Below, one piece after another: positions 28,931 through 38,948 of a stretch of DNA of 64,000 nt. Source of the stretch: an uncultured Alphaproteobacteria bacterium (GTDB taxonomy: Bacteria; Pseudomonadota; Alphaproteobacteria; Rs-D84); NCBI GenBank assembly GCA_946188105.1, contig CAMHTQ010000001.1, positions 85,026-149,025 on the forward strand, read 5' to 3'. Each line of letters opens with the position of its first letter. Within the stretch, counting starts at the first letter, position 1. The position numbers and the translations under genes are program-made. The notes under the pieces are model-generated. The model searched no databases, was not told the origin of the DNA, and saw only the letters and a list, made by a program, of their open reading frames with translations.

Positions 28931-30373
28931 TTATTTTTTATTTTCTTTGGCCTCGGTTTTTGCCTTTTCTTTTTCTGCATTTTCGGCATCAACAACGGCC
29001 CGTCTGTCATCAACGGTCATCTTCATTTTTGTCATAGCAATGACCATATCAATACCGCGTTGCAACTGATAATCGCGAGCATCTTTTTCTTCATCAGTTA
29101 AATCTTTTTCATCCACATCATCGTCATCATCATCCAAACGAGATTTTGAATCATCAGATTTTGATTTTTTGCTCTTTTTTGCCTCGTCATTTTTCAAAGC
29201 ATTTTTGAAAGATGCCTCGGAATAATCACTATCACGTTTTTCTAAAACCTTTACCTTGGACTGTAAAACTTCGACATCTGGGGTAATACCCTCGTTTTGA
29301 ATAGAACGACCACTGGGGGTATAATAACGGGCAATCGTGATATGAATAGCCGTTCCATCACCCAATGGTTTTTGTTGTTGCACACTGCCCTTGCCGAAAC
29401 TTTGTGAGCCCATAACCAATGCACGACCATTATCTTGTAATGCCCCAGCCACAATTTCCGAAGCCGAAGCCGAACCATGATTTATCAAAACAACAATTGG
29501 CTTTCCATTTGTTAAATCGCCACGTGTTGCGAAACTGCGATCAATATCTGTTTTTTCTTTACCACGTGTAGAAACAATTTCGCCCTCGTCCAAGAACGCA
29601 TCAGATACACCAATTGCCGCGGTCAAATATCCACCTGGGTTATTACGCACATCAACGATATAACCAACGACTTTGTCTTTTTCTAATTTTTTGATTGCCT
29701 CTTTTAATTCTTTTACTGTGGTTGCACCAAAATCAGAAATACGAACATATCCAACCTTTGGCGAATCTTCATCAGCATCAGCCAATTGTTTAACCCCAGA
29801 TTTAATTGATTTAACCTTGATAATATCACGTTTTAATGTAATTGTTTTTGGATCTTTGCCATCACTGATAACGGTTAATTTAACTTTGGTTCCAGGTCTG
29901 CCCTTCATCTTTTTAACAGCCTGGTTCAAAGTCATATCAAAAACCTGCTCATCATTGATACGAGTAATATAATCGCCTGCCTTGATTCCGGCCTTGTACG
30001 CAGGTGTATCATCAATTGGGGATATAACACGAATCGCCCCACGATCCGAAGTTATTTGTATACCCAAACCGCCAAATTCACCCTGGCTTTTATCATTAAA
30101 ATCTTTGAAATCATCAGCATTTAAATAAGAAGAATGAGGATCCAATTCCGTCAACATACCGTTCATTGCGGCCTCTAACATTTTTTTCTCATCCGCCTCT
30201 TCGACAAAATTATCGCGTGCAGTTTCGAAAACCAATGCCAATTTCTGCAATTCTTCATATATTTGTTCATCAGTCAAATGAACAACTGGCTCTTCTTTCT
30301 TTTGTTTATTTCCAGCAAAAGCATTAACCGACACAGTTAACAAAGCCGCACAAATCAAGAATTTTTTTAACAT
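28931..30373 (-). CDS. ctpA: Carboxyl-terminal processing protease (S41, CtpA) with long charged C-terminal tail
   Basis: PDZ domain and catalytic region VVLINHGSASASEIVAGALQD. Signal peptide MLKKFLICAALLTVSVNAFA. Start set at ATG 30373, preceded by AGGAAGGGAAAGG. Confidence 0.82.
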   Translation of the reverse strand: MLKKFLICAALLTVSVNAFAGNKQKKEEPVVHLTDEQIYEELQKLALVFETARDNFVEEADEKKMLEAAMNGMLTELDPHSSYLNADDFKDFNDKSQGEFGGLGIQITSDRGAIRVISPIDDTPAYKAGIKAGDYITRINDEQVFDMTLNQAVKKMKGRPGTKVKLTVISDGKDPKTITLKRDIIKVKSIKSGVKQLADADEDSPKVGYVRISDFGATTVKELKEAIKKLEKDKVVGYIVDVRNNPGGYLTAAIGVSDAFLDEGEIVSTRGKEKTDIDRSFATRGDLTNGKPIVVLINHGSASASEIVAGALQDNGRALVMGSQSFGKGSVQQQKPLGDGTAIHITIARYYTPSGRSIQNEGITPDVEVLQSKVKVLEKRDSDYSEASFKNALKNDEAKKSKKSKSDDSKSRLDDDDDDVDEKDLTDEEKDARDYQLQRGIDMVIAMTKMKMTVDDRRAVVDAENAEKEKAKTEAKENKK

Positions 30374-30524
30374 AGACGAAACCTTTCCCTTCCTCATTTT
30401 AACTCAAACACATAGTATCATAAAAAAAACATTTTCTGCAACACGAATTTTCAAGATTTTTCATAATAAAAATAAAACCCAAAATCCCAGGGTTTTATTT
30501 TATATAATCTATGTTGCATTATAA

Positions 30525-30881
30525 TTATCTTATATGATTCCATTCATCATTAATTCTTTTGAATTCACGGGAAGTTTCCATGCCCTTTTTAATATACATT
30601 GCACCCATTCCCATCAAGCCAGCACCCAAACCTAAAAAATATAATGACATCAAAGCATTCTGTGTTTGTGCTTTGGCATTAATTTTTGCACAAGCATCAG
30701 TGTGCCCCATTTCTTTCAATTTAGTGTATTTATATTCATAGATATTGTTTTCAACGACTGGCAAAACAGATGAAAGCTCTAACCCCACACATAAAACTAT
30801 GGTTGTTACCAATATCGCAATATCTGTTTTTGAAAACAACTTGTCTTTTTTAGAATTGGCATTTTCTTTTGCTTGTTTCAT
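30525..30881 (-). CDS. Small membrane protein (118 aa, two predicted TM helices)
   Basis: Hydrophobic segments ILVTTIVLCVGLEL and LMSLYFLGLGAGLMGMGAMYI. Confidence 0.45.
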   Translation of the reverse strand: MKQAKENANSKKDKLFSKTDIAILVTTIVLCVGLELSSVLPVVENNIYEYKYTKLKEMGHTDACAKINAKAQTQNALMSLYFLGLGAGLMGMGAMYIKKGMETSREFKRINDEWNHIR

Positions 30882-30993
30882 TATTAAAGCCTCTTTATTT
30901 AACTGTAATGATTAATAGCACAATTTCTCGCAACTTCAAGGTAATTCCCAATAAATGGCAATATTATTATAAAAAAACATCTATACAAAAATA

Positions 30994-31021
30994 TTGACAA
31001 AAGATTTTTATGTATTACAAT
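30994..31021 (+). promoter_or_regulatory. Consensus sigma70-type promoter upstream of the fic-like gene
   Basis: TTGACA, a 16-nt spacer, then TACAAT; located 20 nt upstream of the RBS/ATG at 31041. Confidence 0.5.
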
Positions 31022-31040
31022 ATTAAACAAAGGTAAAAAA

Positions 31041-31727
31041 ATGAAAAACCAAAAACAATACATTCGTCATGTTAATGAAATGATTATTCAACCAATCGTT
31101 CAAGAGAACGACTTTTTGCGTTTGAATGTATTGAACTATGCCCGCAGCGAATTAAGAAACGAAGCAACCAGATTAAAACCTGCAAATTCTGATCCAATCG
31201 ATTTTACAAACATATATAACATGTCTGTGGCTTGGGATTATGTATTGAAACACCTGCATACAACTATTGACATCAAAGAAATTGCCCAAATAAACTCGAT
31301 TATATCTACAAATAATGATGAAGATGTTACTGGTGGAACATTTCGTTATTGTATGGCCTATGTATTGGGACAACCCGCTCCAAATCCATTACGAATTCAC
31401 GATTTATTAGATTCTGCTGTATACAGAATGAATACAACAAAAAATCAGATTCTAACCAAAGCATTTGATATACATTACGATATTGTAACAATTCAACCTT
31501 TTTCTGATTTTAATAAACGCACCGCACGTATAATTATGAATTGGTATTTACTGCAAAACAATTATACACCTGTGTTGTTTAATCACAAAAACGATAACCA
31601 GTTATACACAGAATCTTTGCGTAAACGTCTGAATGGGGATACAAAAGAATATACCGCATATATGTGTGACAGAACAATCAAAACACAGAATGCAATATTA
31701 AAGATGTTATCTCATCGCACCAGATAA
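31041..31727 (+). CDS. Fic/DOC-family protein with degenerate active-site motif
   Basis: Core ..IHYDIVTIQPFSDFNKRTARIIMNWYLL aligns with the Fic motif HPFx[DE]GNGRxxR, but reads QPFSDFNKRTAR (His->Gln, Gly->Phe). Confidence 0.6.
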   Translation: MKNQKQYIRHVNEMIIQPIVQENDFLRLNVLNYARSELRNEATRLKPANSDPIDFTNIYNMSVAWDYVLKHLHTTIDIKEIAQINSIISTNNDEDVTGGTFRYCMAYVLGQPAPNPLRIHDLLDSAVYRMNTTKNQILTKAFDIHYDIVTIQPFSDFNKRTARIIMNWYLLQNNYTPVLFNHKNDNQLYTESLRKRLNGDTKEYTAYMCDRTIKTQNAILKMLSHRTR

Positions 31728-31731
31728 TTAT

Positions 31732-32805
31732 CTATTCTTCTTTAAATAATCTGGCTGGGTCAACCGCTTTATTACCACGTCTGACCTCCATATACATTTC
31801 GTTTTTGTCAGCATTCATACGACCTATTGGTTCACCCGCTAAAACCTCTTGTTCAGGAACAACATCTAACTTTCCCAAATTAGTCAAAACCGTATTATAA
31901 CCATTTTTATGAGATATAATAACAACACGACCAAACCCACGGAAAGTATCTGCAAACTTTACAATTCCATCAGCAGGGGCGGTAACCAAAACATCACCAC
32001 GGGTATGTATTCGCCACCCATCAGATGTAAGTCCCAAAGCCGTCTTTTCTCCAAATCGCACAACCAACCGACCACGCACCGGCAGATTTAATTTTCGTAT
32101 AGAAAATCTGGAATCTTCGGACATTTGTGAACTGCCCACACCCGCAGACAATTCAGAAATATTTTTAGCACGTTCGGACAATGCCCGTAATTTTTTCTGC
32201 AACGCCACCTGCTGACTTTTTAATTTTTCATTTTGGGCGCTACGTGTTTTCAACAACTTGTCCAACGCATTTCTTTCCAATGTATATTTTTTCGCACTGC
32301 GATCCAGTTTTTCTTTTTCGACACTACGTGCATTACGAATTTTTTCCAATTCATCCAATTGTTGCGAAGCACGTTGAATATCAGAATCAAATTGTTGCGA
32401 CATTCCCGACAACACAGCCGAAGTCAAAACATAATCATGCATATTTTTAGAATCAAAACTGGGTTGTAATGCCATATATAAAATCCCAGACACCGCATCC
32501 AAAACACGTCCTTGATTTTCAGCCATTTCCTTGGCAATTTTTTCGCGTTTTGCATCCAGTTCTTCTATTTTCGTCTGCATTTTTCCGCGTTGTTCTTCTA
32601 AAACACTGACCCTGTCTGCTGTTCTAACCAGATCCTGTTTTGTTTGTGCAACATTTTTTTCAGATTTTTTGACCTGCTCTTCTAACTTTTTATTTTTCTG
32701 TTCAACCTGTTTAATTTCAGTTTGAATACGCGTTAATTCACTGACGCAAAAAGATTGCGACACAAAACAAAACACACCAGCCAAAACAACCAGTATTTTT
32801 TTCAT
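31732..32805 (-). CDS. EnvC-like coiled-coil murein hydrolase activator with degenerate LytM (M23) domain
   Basis: Signal peptide, ~200 aa coiled coil (QTEIKQVEQKNKKLEEQVKK..), and C-terminal LytM fold ..GIVKFADTFRGFGRVVIISHKNGYNTVLTNLG lacking the HxH metal ligands. Confidence 0.65.
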   Translation of the reverse strand: MKKILVVLAGVFCFVSQSFCVSELTRIQTEIKQVEQKNKKLEEQVKKSEKNVAQTKQDLVRTADRVSVLEEQRGKMQTKIEELDAKREKIAKEMAENQGRVLDAVSGILYMALQPSFDSKNMHDYVLTSAVLSGMSQQFDSDIQRASQQLDELEKIRNARSVEKEKLDRSAKKYTLERNALDKLLKTRSAQNEKLKSQQVALQKKLRALSERAKNISELSAGVGSSQMSEDSRFSIRKLNLPVRGRLVVRFGEKTALGLTSDGWRIHTRGDVLVTAPADGIVKFADTFRGFGRVVIISHKNGYNTVLTNLGKLDVVPEQEVLAGEPIGRMNADKNEMYMEVRRGNKAVDPARLFKEE

Positions 32806-32808
32806 TTG

Positions 32809-34020
32809 TTATTTTACAACAACACGCAAAAATGTTTTCTTTCCTTTCTGGACCATATGTTCGGCAACCGGCACCACAAATTCTTTATCGGTAATTTTGG
32901 CACCATCAATTTGGATTCCACCTTGTTCAACATTACGACGCGCCTCGGACTTGGAATCAAACAGTTTTATTGCAACCAAGAAATCTAAAATTTTCATATC
33001 TTCTGACATTTCGATTTCAACACTTGGAACATTTTCTGATGATGCACCACCACTGAACAAAGCCGCCGCCGCACTTTCTGCCTCACGCGCGGCATCCGTT
33101 CCATGTGCAATTTCAGTAGCAGAATAAGCCAAAATCTTTTTTGCCTCGTTCAATTCGGCACCCTGCAACGCAGACAATTTTGCAATCTCGTCTAATGGGA
33201 TTTCGGTAAAGATTTTCAAAAACTTTTCAACCAAATCATCTGGTGTATTACGGAAATACTGATAATATTCGTATGCAGATGTTTTATCTTCGTTCACCCA
33301 AACAGCATTACCCGCGGATTTTCCAATTTTATTTCCATTTGAATCAGTAATCAGCGATGTTGATAATACAAATGCTTCCTTACCCATTTTTTTGCGAATT
33401 AATTCCACACCCATAATTGCATTGCCCCATTGGTCCGCACCACACAGTTGCAACACGCAATTATGTTCTTTATAAAGTGTCAAGAAATCAACCGCCTGGA
33501 AAGTCATATAATTAAATTCCAAAAATGTCATACCATTTTCCAAACGTTTTTTCACACTTTCCATGGACAACATACGTGGAATTGTGAAATCTAATCCATA
33601 TTGTGCCAAGAAATCCAAATGTGAATATCCACGCATCCAATCATAGTTATCAACAATTAATGCATCAGATTCACCATCACCAAACTTTAAAAATTTAGAA
33701 TATGATTTTTTTAATCCCGCAACATTTTTTGCCAGAACTTCTTCGGTCATCATTGGACGTCCAGTATCACGACCCGATGGGTCGCCAATACGACCTGTTG
33801 CACCACCGACCAACATCAATGGTTTATGACCATATTTTTGCAACCAGCGCATCATCATAACCGGAACCAGGTGTCCAACATGCAAAGAATCTGCGGTTGG
33901 GTCAGAACCCAAATAAACCGCAATTTTACCGTTATCTAATAAATCTGCAACTGCATCCATATTGGAACATTGATTGATAAAACCGCGTTCGGTTAATTCT
34001 TGCCACAAAGTATTTTTCAT
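32809..34020 (-). CDS. tyrS: Tyrosyl-tRNA synthetase
   Basis: HIGH motif (DPTADSLHVGHLVP), KMSKS-type KIGKS, and C-terminal S4 domain. Confidence 0.92.
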   Translation of the reverse strand: MKNTLWQELTERGFINQCSNMDAVADLLDNGKIAVYLGSDPTADSLHVGHLVPVMMMRWLQKYGHKPLMLVGGATGRIGDPSGRDTGRPMMTEEVLAKNVAGLKKSYSKFLKFGDGESDALIVDNYDWMRGYSHLDFLAQYGLDFTIPRMLSMESVKKRLENGMTFLEFNYMTFQAVDFLTLYKEHNCVLQLCGADQWGNAIMGVELIRKKMGKEAFVLSTSLITDSNGNKIGKSAGNAVWVNEDKTSAYEYYQYFRNTPDDLVEKFLKIFTEIPLDEIAKLSALQGAELNEAKKILAYSATEIAHGTDAAREAESAAAALFSGGASSENVPSVEIEMSEDMKILDFLVAIKLFDSKSEARRNVEQGGIQIDGAKITDKEFVVPVAEHMVQKGKKTFLRVVVK

Positions 34021-34085
34021 ATCTATATCCTTTTATCACAAAAATAATACCACGAAAAATTATCTGTTGCAACCACAGAAAAAAT

Positions 34086-34121
34086 AAAAAATCCGCCAAT
34101 ATTTTAGCGGATTTTTTTATC
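34086..34121. terminator. Terminator
   Basis: AAATCCGC-CAATATTTTA-GCGGATTT hairpin followed by TTTTTTAT. Confidence 0.6.
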
Positions 34122-34123
34122 AG

Positions 34124-34999
34124 TTATTTTCCTGCGGCTTTTTCCCTTTTTATAACTTCTTCATATATATCTAACACTTTACCCTGTGCCTTTTTACAAA
34201 ATTCAGGAACATGTACCCCCTCGCCTAATCTGACTGACTTCATCAATCCCGTACAAGGATATTTTTGTGCATTTTGTGTTAATTTTACAATATATTTATC
34301 GGCATCCATTGGTATTACCAAACCTTTATCAACAAATTCAGTAATATCCTTGTCAGAAACACCTGTTACCAAACCATTATGAACAATCAACCACATATAA
34401 AACAACAACTGTGCGGCATCCCTTTCACTCATATATTTTTGTTCTCTTGCAACATTTCTTACTCCGCGGACCGCATCACAAACGTACCAATCTGCTGTCT
34501 CTTTACACAAAGAATCCAGCACCAAATTTGCAATTTTATATGTGCCGTTTTGTGTACCCTTGTTCAATTTTTCACAATCGACATTGGAAAAAGCACATTG
34601 AGATGCCATAATTTTACATAATTCGAAATAACGCACATCTGACACTTTATCTTTACGCAACCGGTTCATTTGGTGGGGATCTGTATTGATTGCAACCTTT
34701 GCAACTTCGTAATATTCGTCTGGGGTTAAACCATAAGCATCATAGTGTTCACGCAACATCAACCAAGAATATCCAGCGCACCAATTTGGTTCCCGCATCC
34801 AATTTTTTATTTTTTCAATATATTCTTCGCGTTCTGATGCAATATGTGCAGGTTCCAATTCCGGATTTATTTTTGCTGATGTAACACCTGAATTACCTTG
34901 GGCACGCAACATAGCCGCATAGTTACCACCAATACGAACACGACTTAAATCAATATTTATCGGTCTGGCCACATTATATGATTTATTGCGTTTTGCCAT
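34124..34999 (-). CDS. Hypothetical protein (291 aa)
   Basis: ORF only. Confidence 0.45.
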   Translation of the reverse strand: MAKRNKSYNVARPINIDLSRVRIGGNYAAMLRAQGNSGVTSAKINPELEPAHIASEREEYIEKIKNWMREPNWCAGYSWLMLREHYDAYGLTPDEYYEVAKVAINTDPHQMNRLRKDKVSDVRYFELCKIMASQCAFSNVDCEKLNKGTQNGTYKIANLVLDSLCKETADWYVCDAVRGVRNVAREQKYMSERDAAQLLFYMWLIVHNGLVTGVSDKDITEFVDKGLVIPMDADKYIVKLTQNAQKYPCTGLMKSVRLGEGVHVPEFCKKAQGKVLDIYEEVIKREKAAGK

Positions 35000-35047
35000 T
35001 ACAAACTCCTTTTTGTATCATAATAGCCAAAAATTCGGCATTTTCAA

Positions 35048-35080
35048 CAAAAAAATCCGTCCAACTGGACGGATTTAAAA
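35048..35080. terminator. Perfect bidirectional terminator
   Basis: AATCCGTCCA-ACTG-GACGGATT hairpin with flanking A/T runs, immediately 3' of the small ORF stop at 35081. Confidence 0.7.
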
Positions 35081-35257
35081 ATTAATGAACATGCAAGATT
35101 CTTTTAACTCGCAATGCTATTTTTGGTAAAATCTGTTCACGCGTTCCTATAAATTCATGATGTAAATTATTTGCATCAAAAGACACAAAATATGTTCCAT
35201 CACGAAATCCATATACGTGTGTATTTTTAATTGGATAATCTTGAACAATTTCCGCCA
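35081..35257 (-). CDS. Small hypothetical protein (58 aa), below the ORF-track cutoff
   Basis: ATG at 35257 (minus) preceded by TAAGGAAAAAAT. Translation MAEIVQDYPIKNTHVYGFRDGTYFVSFDANNLHHEFIGTREQILPKIALRVKRILHVH. Stop TAA is directly followed by a perfect terminator. Confidence 0.4.
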
Positions 35258-35282
35258 TATTTTTTCCTTATATCTTTATCGG

Positions 35283-35318
35283 ATAAAAAATCGCACCGAT
35301 AACCTAGTGCGATTTTTT
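35283..35318. terminator. Bidirectional terminator downstream of tsf
   Basis: ATCGCAC-CGATAACCTA-GTGCGAT hairpin with T-runs on both strands. Confidence 0.65.
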
Positions 35319-35336
35319 AGTGTCTTCATGGATGAC

Positions 35337-36206
35337 TTATTGCAACATTTTTGCAACTTCGTCAGCCAAGTTATCTTCGCGTTTTTGGATACCTTCACCC
35401 AAAACATAGTATGCGAATCCAGCCAATTTACCACCAGCAGCTTCAACAACTTGTTTAACTGTTTGATTTGGATCCATAACGAATGGTTGTTCTTCTAATA
35501 CAGATTCTGCATAGTATTTTTTCAAACGACCTTCGACCATTTTTTCAACGATGTTTTCAGGTTTGCCATTTGTAGCACCAGAATCAATGAACACTTTGCG
35601 TTCACGTTCCACAGCCACAGGATCAACATCGGCAACTGTCATAAATTCAGGTTTGTTTGCAGCGATGTGCATTGCAACCTTTGGTCCAATTTCATCAATG
35701 CGTGGGTCATTTCCGTTAATAGCAACGGCAACACCAATTTGTCCCATACCTGGAACCAAAGCATTGTGAATATAAGAATAAACGTGATCGCCAGAAACTT
35801 TTGCGACACGACGCAAATTCATATTTTCACCAATTGTAGAAATTGTTGCAGCAATATCATCTTTGACAGCTTCTAATGTTGCATCAAAATCGCCCTGTAA
35901 TTCCAAAGCTTTGTTTGCAACATCGGCAACTAATTTTTGGAATTTTTCGTTTTTAGCAACGAAATCTGTTTCTGCATTCAATTCAACAACACAGCCCAAA
36001 TTATCACATTTAACAACAGTAACCAAACCAGATGCAGCAACACGACCTGCTTTGGATGCAGCTTTTACAATACCTTTTTTACGCAACCAGTCAGCAGCCG
36101 CTTCGATATCACCATTATTTTCGATTAATGCTTTTTTGCAATCCAACATACCTGCAGCAGTTTTTTCGCGCAGTTCTTGAATCAATTTTGCTGTTACTTC
36201 TGCCAT
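35337..36206 (-). CDS. tsf: Elongation factor Ts
   Basis: MAEVTAKLIQELREKTAAGMLDCKKALIENNGDIEAAADWLRKKG (UBA-like N-domain) and dimerisation core. Confidence 0.92.
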   Translation of the reverse strand: MAEVTAKLIQELREKTAAGMLDCKKALIENNGDIEAAADWLRKKGIVKAASKAGRVAASGLVTVVKCDNLGCVVELNAETDFVAKNEKFQKLVADVANKALELQGDFDATLEAVKDDIAATISTIGENMNLRRVAKVSGDHVYSYIHNALVPGMGQIGVAVAINGNDPRIDEIGPKVAMHIAANKPEFMTVADVDPVAVERERKVFIDSGATNGKPENIVEKMVEGRLKKYYAESVLEEQPFVMDPNQTVKQVVEAAGGKLAGFAYYVLGEGIQKREDNLADEVAKMLQ

Positions 36207-36292
36207 TGTATTTTCCTTTCTTATGATGTTTTAGATTATTTGATTAAAAACATGCATGTTCGGGCATTTTGCCCGAACACACAAAAACGACC

Positions 36293-37126
36293 TTATTTGT
36301 CTGCTTTCTTTTCACGACGTTCAGCACGAGCTTCGGAAACCTTGGATTTTTGTTTGGCTTCCTTGTCTTTGATATCTGCTTCCATTTCTTCTGCATCGAT
36401 ATCATCTGCTGCTTTCTTGGCTGCAGCACCGCCCAAACGTTTTTCAATACCAGACAAAATAGCATCTACGAACAAATCGCAGTACAATTGTGTTGCACGA
36501 GCAGCATCGTCATTACCTGGAACTGGGTAATCAACGGCCTCTGGGTTTGCATTTGTATCGCAAATAGCAATTGTTGGGATGTCCAAAATTTTTGCTTCAC
36601 GAACAGCATTCATTTCACGTGGCACATCAATAACAATCATGGCTTGAGGAACACCGTGCATTTCCAAGATACCACCGAACACAGAACGTAATTTTTCAAC
36701 TTCTTTGGTCATAACGCCGACTTCTTTCTTGGTGAGTCCCAATTTGTCAGCATTTGCAATATCGTTTTCCATCTTTTTCAAACGACGGATGGATTGAGAA
36801 ACAGTTGTCCAGTTAGTCAACATACCACCCAACCAACGATTGTTCACATAGAATTGACCGCAACGTTCGGCTGCATCTTTGACGATATCTTTGGCCTGAT
36901 GTTTTGTAGCAACAAACAAGATTTTGCCACCAGCGGCAGCAACGGCCTCTAATGCCACCAAAGAACGGTGCAACAAAGGTGCAGTTTTGTTCAAATTGAT
37001 AATGTGAATTTTATCTTTGACGCCATAAACGTATGGGGTCATCAATGGGTTCCAACGACGAGTGTGGTGTCCAAAATGAACGCCGGCCTCCATCAATTGC
37101 TTCATAGTAAATGTAGGCAATGCCAT
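36293..37126 (-). CDS. rpsB: 30S ribosomal protein S2 with charged C-terminal extension
   Basis: MALPTFTMKQLMEAGVHFGHHTRRWNP...; Lys/Glu-rich tail typical of alphaproteobacterial S2. Confidence 0.92.
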   Translation of the reverse strand: MALPTFTMKQLMEAGVHFGHHTRRWNPLMTPYVYGVKDKIHIINLNKTAPLLHRSLVALEAVAAAGGKILFVATKHQAKDIVKDAAERCGQFYVNNRWLGGMLTNWTTVSQSIRRLKKMENDIANADKLGLTKKEVGVMTKEVEKLRSVFGGILEMHGVPQAMIVIDVPREMNAVREAKILDIPTIAICDTNANPEAVDYPVPGNDDAARATQLYCDLFVDAILSGIEKRLGGAAAKKAADDIDAEEMEADIKDKEAKQKSKVSEARAERREKKADK

Positions 37127-37269
37127 TTTTAATCCTTTTTTCTGTTAATTCCTCGTTCCCATGGATTTAGCCAAAAACAGCGGTTTTTGGACAGAATCAA
37201 CCACGAAAACTGTGTTCTTCGCTGAAACAGCGTGCCCTGATTTTGACACAAAAATATTAAAATTGCAAG

Positions 37270-37300
37270 AAAAAAACCGCCATAAATGGCGGATTTTTTT
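37270..37300. terminator. Terminator after paralog A (end of accessory gene run)
   Basis: CCGCCA-TAAA-TGGCGG hairpin followed by ATTTTTTTAT; overlaps the stop codon. Confidence 0.65.
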
Positions 37301-37730
37301 ATCTTTGTTCTTGTTTCGCTGTCCTTAACAATTTCAAACGAAAATCTGTATTATTGCGTATCCAACGCAACGTATCACTCGCAACATGACGTGGCACCGC
37401 AAATGAATTAGAGCAAACAAAATCACCTTCTGGCACACCGTTTAATACAACACGACTCCATAAATAATTCCCTTTATCGCCAACTGGTTTACCGACCTGA
37501 TTTGATTTACCCGAAGTTTTAGATAACAATACATGTACATCTGAAATTAACATTGATTCTTCTTGAATATCATTAAAGAAATTCTGGATATCTTTTGGGA
37601 ACAATATTTCTTCACCACGATATGTTGTCGCGGGTTTTCCACCCACAAAAATCCCATTTTTATTTACCGTTATATAATCTTTATCTGAAATTTTATACAT
37701 GACATATCCCCTTTTTTGTATCACCGACAA
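37299..37730 (-). CDS. Paralog-family protein A (143 aa; 'ITVNKNGIFVGGKPATTYRG' family, Ser variant)
   Basis: N-terminal YITVNKNGIFVGGKPATTYRG; conserved His (VHVLLSKTSG) and W-S-R at the position where the paralogs have W-C-R. C-terminus ..TAKQEQR. Confidence 0.55.
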   Translation of the reverse strand: MSVIQKRGYVMYKISDKDYITVNKNGIFVGGKPATTYRGEEILFPKDIQNFFNDIQEESMLISDVHVLLSKTSGKSNQVGKPVGDKGNYLWSRVVLNGVPEGDFVCSNSFAVPRHVASDTLRWIRNNTDFRLKLLRTAKQEQR

Positions 37731-37757
37731 AATAGCAACAAATTAAACAATGTCAAT

Positions 37758-37790
37758 AAAAAACCGCCAAAATGGACGGTTTTTCTATTT
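37758..37790. terminator. Putative internal terminator between 37808 gene and paralog A
   Basis: ACCGCC-AAAATG-GACGGT imperfect hairpin followed by TTTTTCTATTT. Confidence 0.45.
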
Positions 37791-37807
37791 AGATTATATA
37801 AATTAAA

Positions 37808-38068
37808 TTATCTGCCACGATTCCATGGACACGACAAACAAAAATTTCGTGGATATGGCAAATTTTTTTCTTTTGCAGAATAATTTCTCCAAAAATTTAA
37901 ATGCACAATCGTGATTCTGCCCATACGATCTATCTGATAATCTGTATAACCCTGACTTTCAAGAAATTTCAAATAAGGACAAGTATAGCGGACATCGGTA
38001 TTATCACAATCAACCATATGAATACTGTTTGCCGCATTATGAAAATCTACATAAGGATATCCGGACAT
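37808..38068 (-). CDS. Small Cys-containing hypothetical protein (86 aa)
   Basis: ATG 38068 with AAGGAAAATAAA RBS. Sequence MSGYPYVDFHNAANSIHMVDCDNTDVRYTCPYLKF...CLSCPWNRGR; possible Cys4 site. Confidence 0.4.
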   Translation of the reverse strand: MSGYPYVDFHNAANSIHMVDCDNTDVRYTCPYLKFLESQGYTDYQIDRMGRITIVHLNFWRNYSAKEKNLPYPRNFCLSCPWNRGR

Positions 38069-38090
38069 TTTATTTTCCTTTTTTAATATT

Positions 38091-38894
38091 CTAATATAAA
38101 TGCTTAACCAACTCGTGCATACGCAAGACAACAACGTTTTTGTTTTGTGTTCCAGGATAATCACATTGTATATCGTGCACGATATCTTTTACTTTATATA
38201 TATCGTTTTTTTGATGTAATAACATCACAATAGAGCCACCTGTATTTGTATGATTTAACATTTTTATTAAAACCTTTTGAATAGCAACATAAGGTAAAAA
38301 ATCACAAATATTTGATAAATGAATAAAATCATACGATTGTTTTAGTTTTAATTTTTTAACATCAGACCAAATAAAGTCAAAAGGTTCATGTACAATTTGT
38401 TTTAATTTGGAAAACTCTTGTTGTTGTAAAGCATATTTTTGATATCTTTCAGACCGAAACCGTCCATTATCAAACAACAAATACCCATTCATTCCATCAA
38501 TATACTGTTGTACTTCGGACGATAATTTAGAAATTATATCCTGGGTATGTGCTGCATGTCTGACATTTATATTGTGCCATAAACTGTTTTGCATTTCATA
38601 ATACTGGTTCAATGTTAAATGCTGTAATGCCAGTGTTTTCAAATCCATAACTACTTTGGCATTATATGAAATATCAAAAGTCGTAATATGTTCAATGCCA
38701 TATAATTTACAAAACAACGGATGGTCACCCGATGCCGCAACAGTCAAGGCTGTCTTATACGATTTTTTTATGTATTTCATCGATTTGCGCACATCTTCAT
38801 TTGTTACAGCATACGCAGGGGAATATTTGTTAAACACCGGATACGTGCTGTATACAAGCTCTTTTGCTTCTGATATATTTGGCATTGATTTCAT
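38091..38894 (-). CDS. Putative class I SAM-methyltransferase-like protein (267 aa)
   Basis: ALTVAASGDHP...HITTFDIS (motif I/II-like), YDFIHLSNICDF, TGGSIVML. The ATG lies 4 nt after the stop of the upstream gene. Confidence 0.4.
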   Translation of the reverse strand: MKSMPNISEAKELVYSTYPVFNKYSPAYAVTNEDVRKSMKYIKKSYKTALTVAASGDHPLFCKLYGIEHITTFDISYNAKVVMDLKTLALQHLTLNQYYEMQNSLWHNINVRHAAHTQDIISKLSSEVQQYIDGMNGYLLFDNGRFRSERYQKYALQQQEFSKLKQIVHEPFDFIWSDVKKLKLKQSYDFIHLSNICDFLPYVAIQKVLIKMLNHTNTGGSIVMLLHQKNDIYKVKDIVHDIQCDYPGTQNKNVVVLRMHELVKHLY

Positions 38895-38898
38895 ATTT

Positions 38899-38948
38899 TT
38901 ATCTTTTGTTTTGTGCGTTGTTGTTTGCAGTAAACACAACAGGGTTAA
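38899..38948 (-). repeat. Conserved 3'-end repeat copy 1 (encodes ..NPVVFTANNNAQNKR*)
   Basis: ttatcttttgttttgtgcgttgttgtttgcagtaaacacaacagggttaa; ~47/50 identical to the copy at 41266-41315. Confidence 0.8.
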
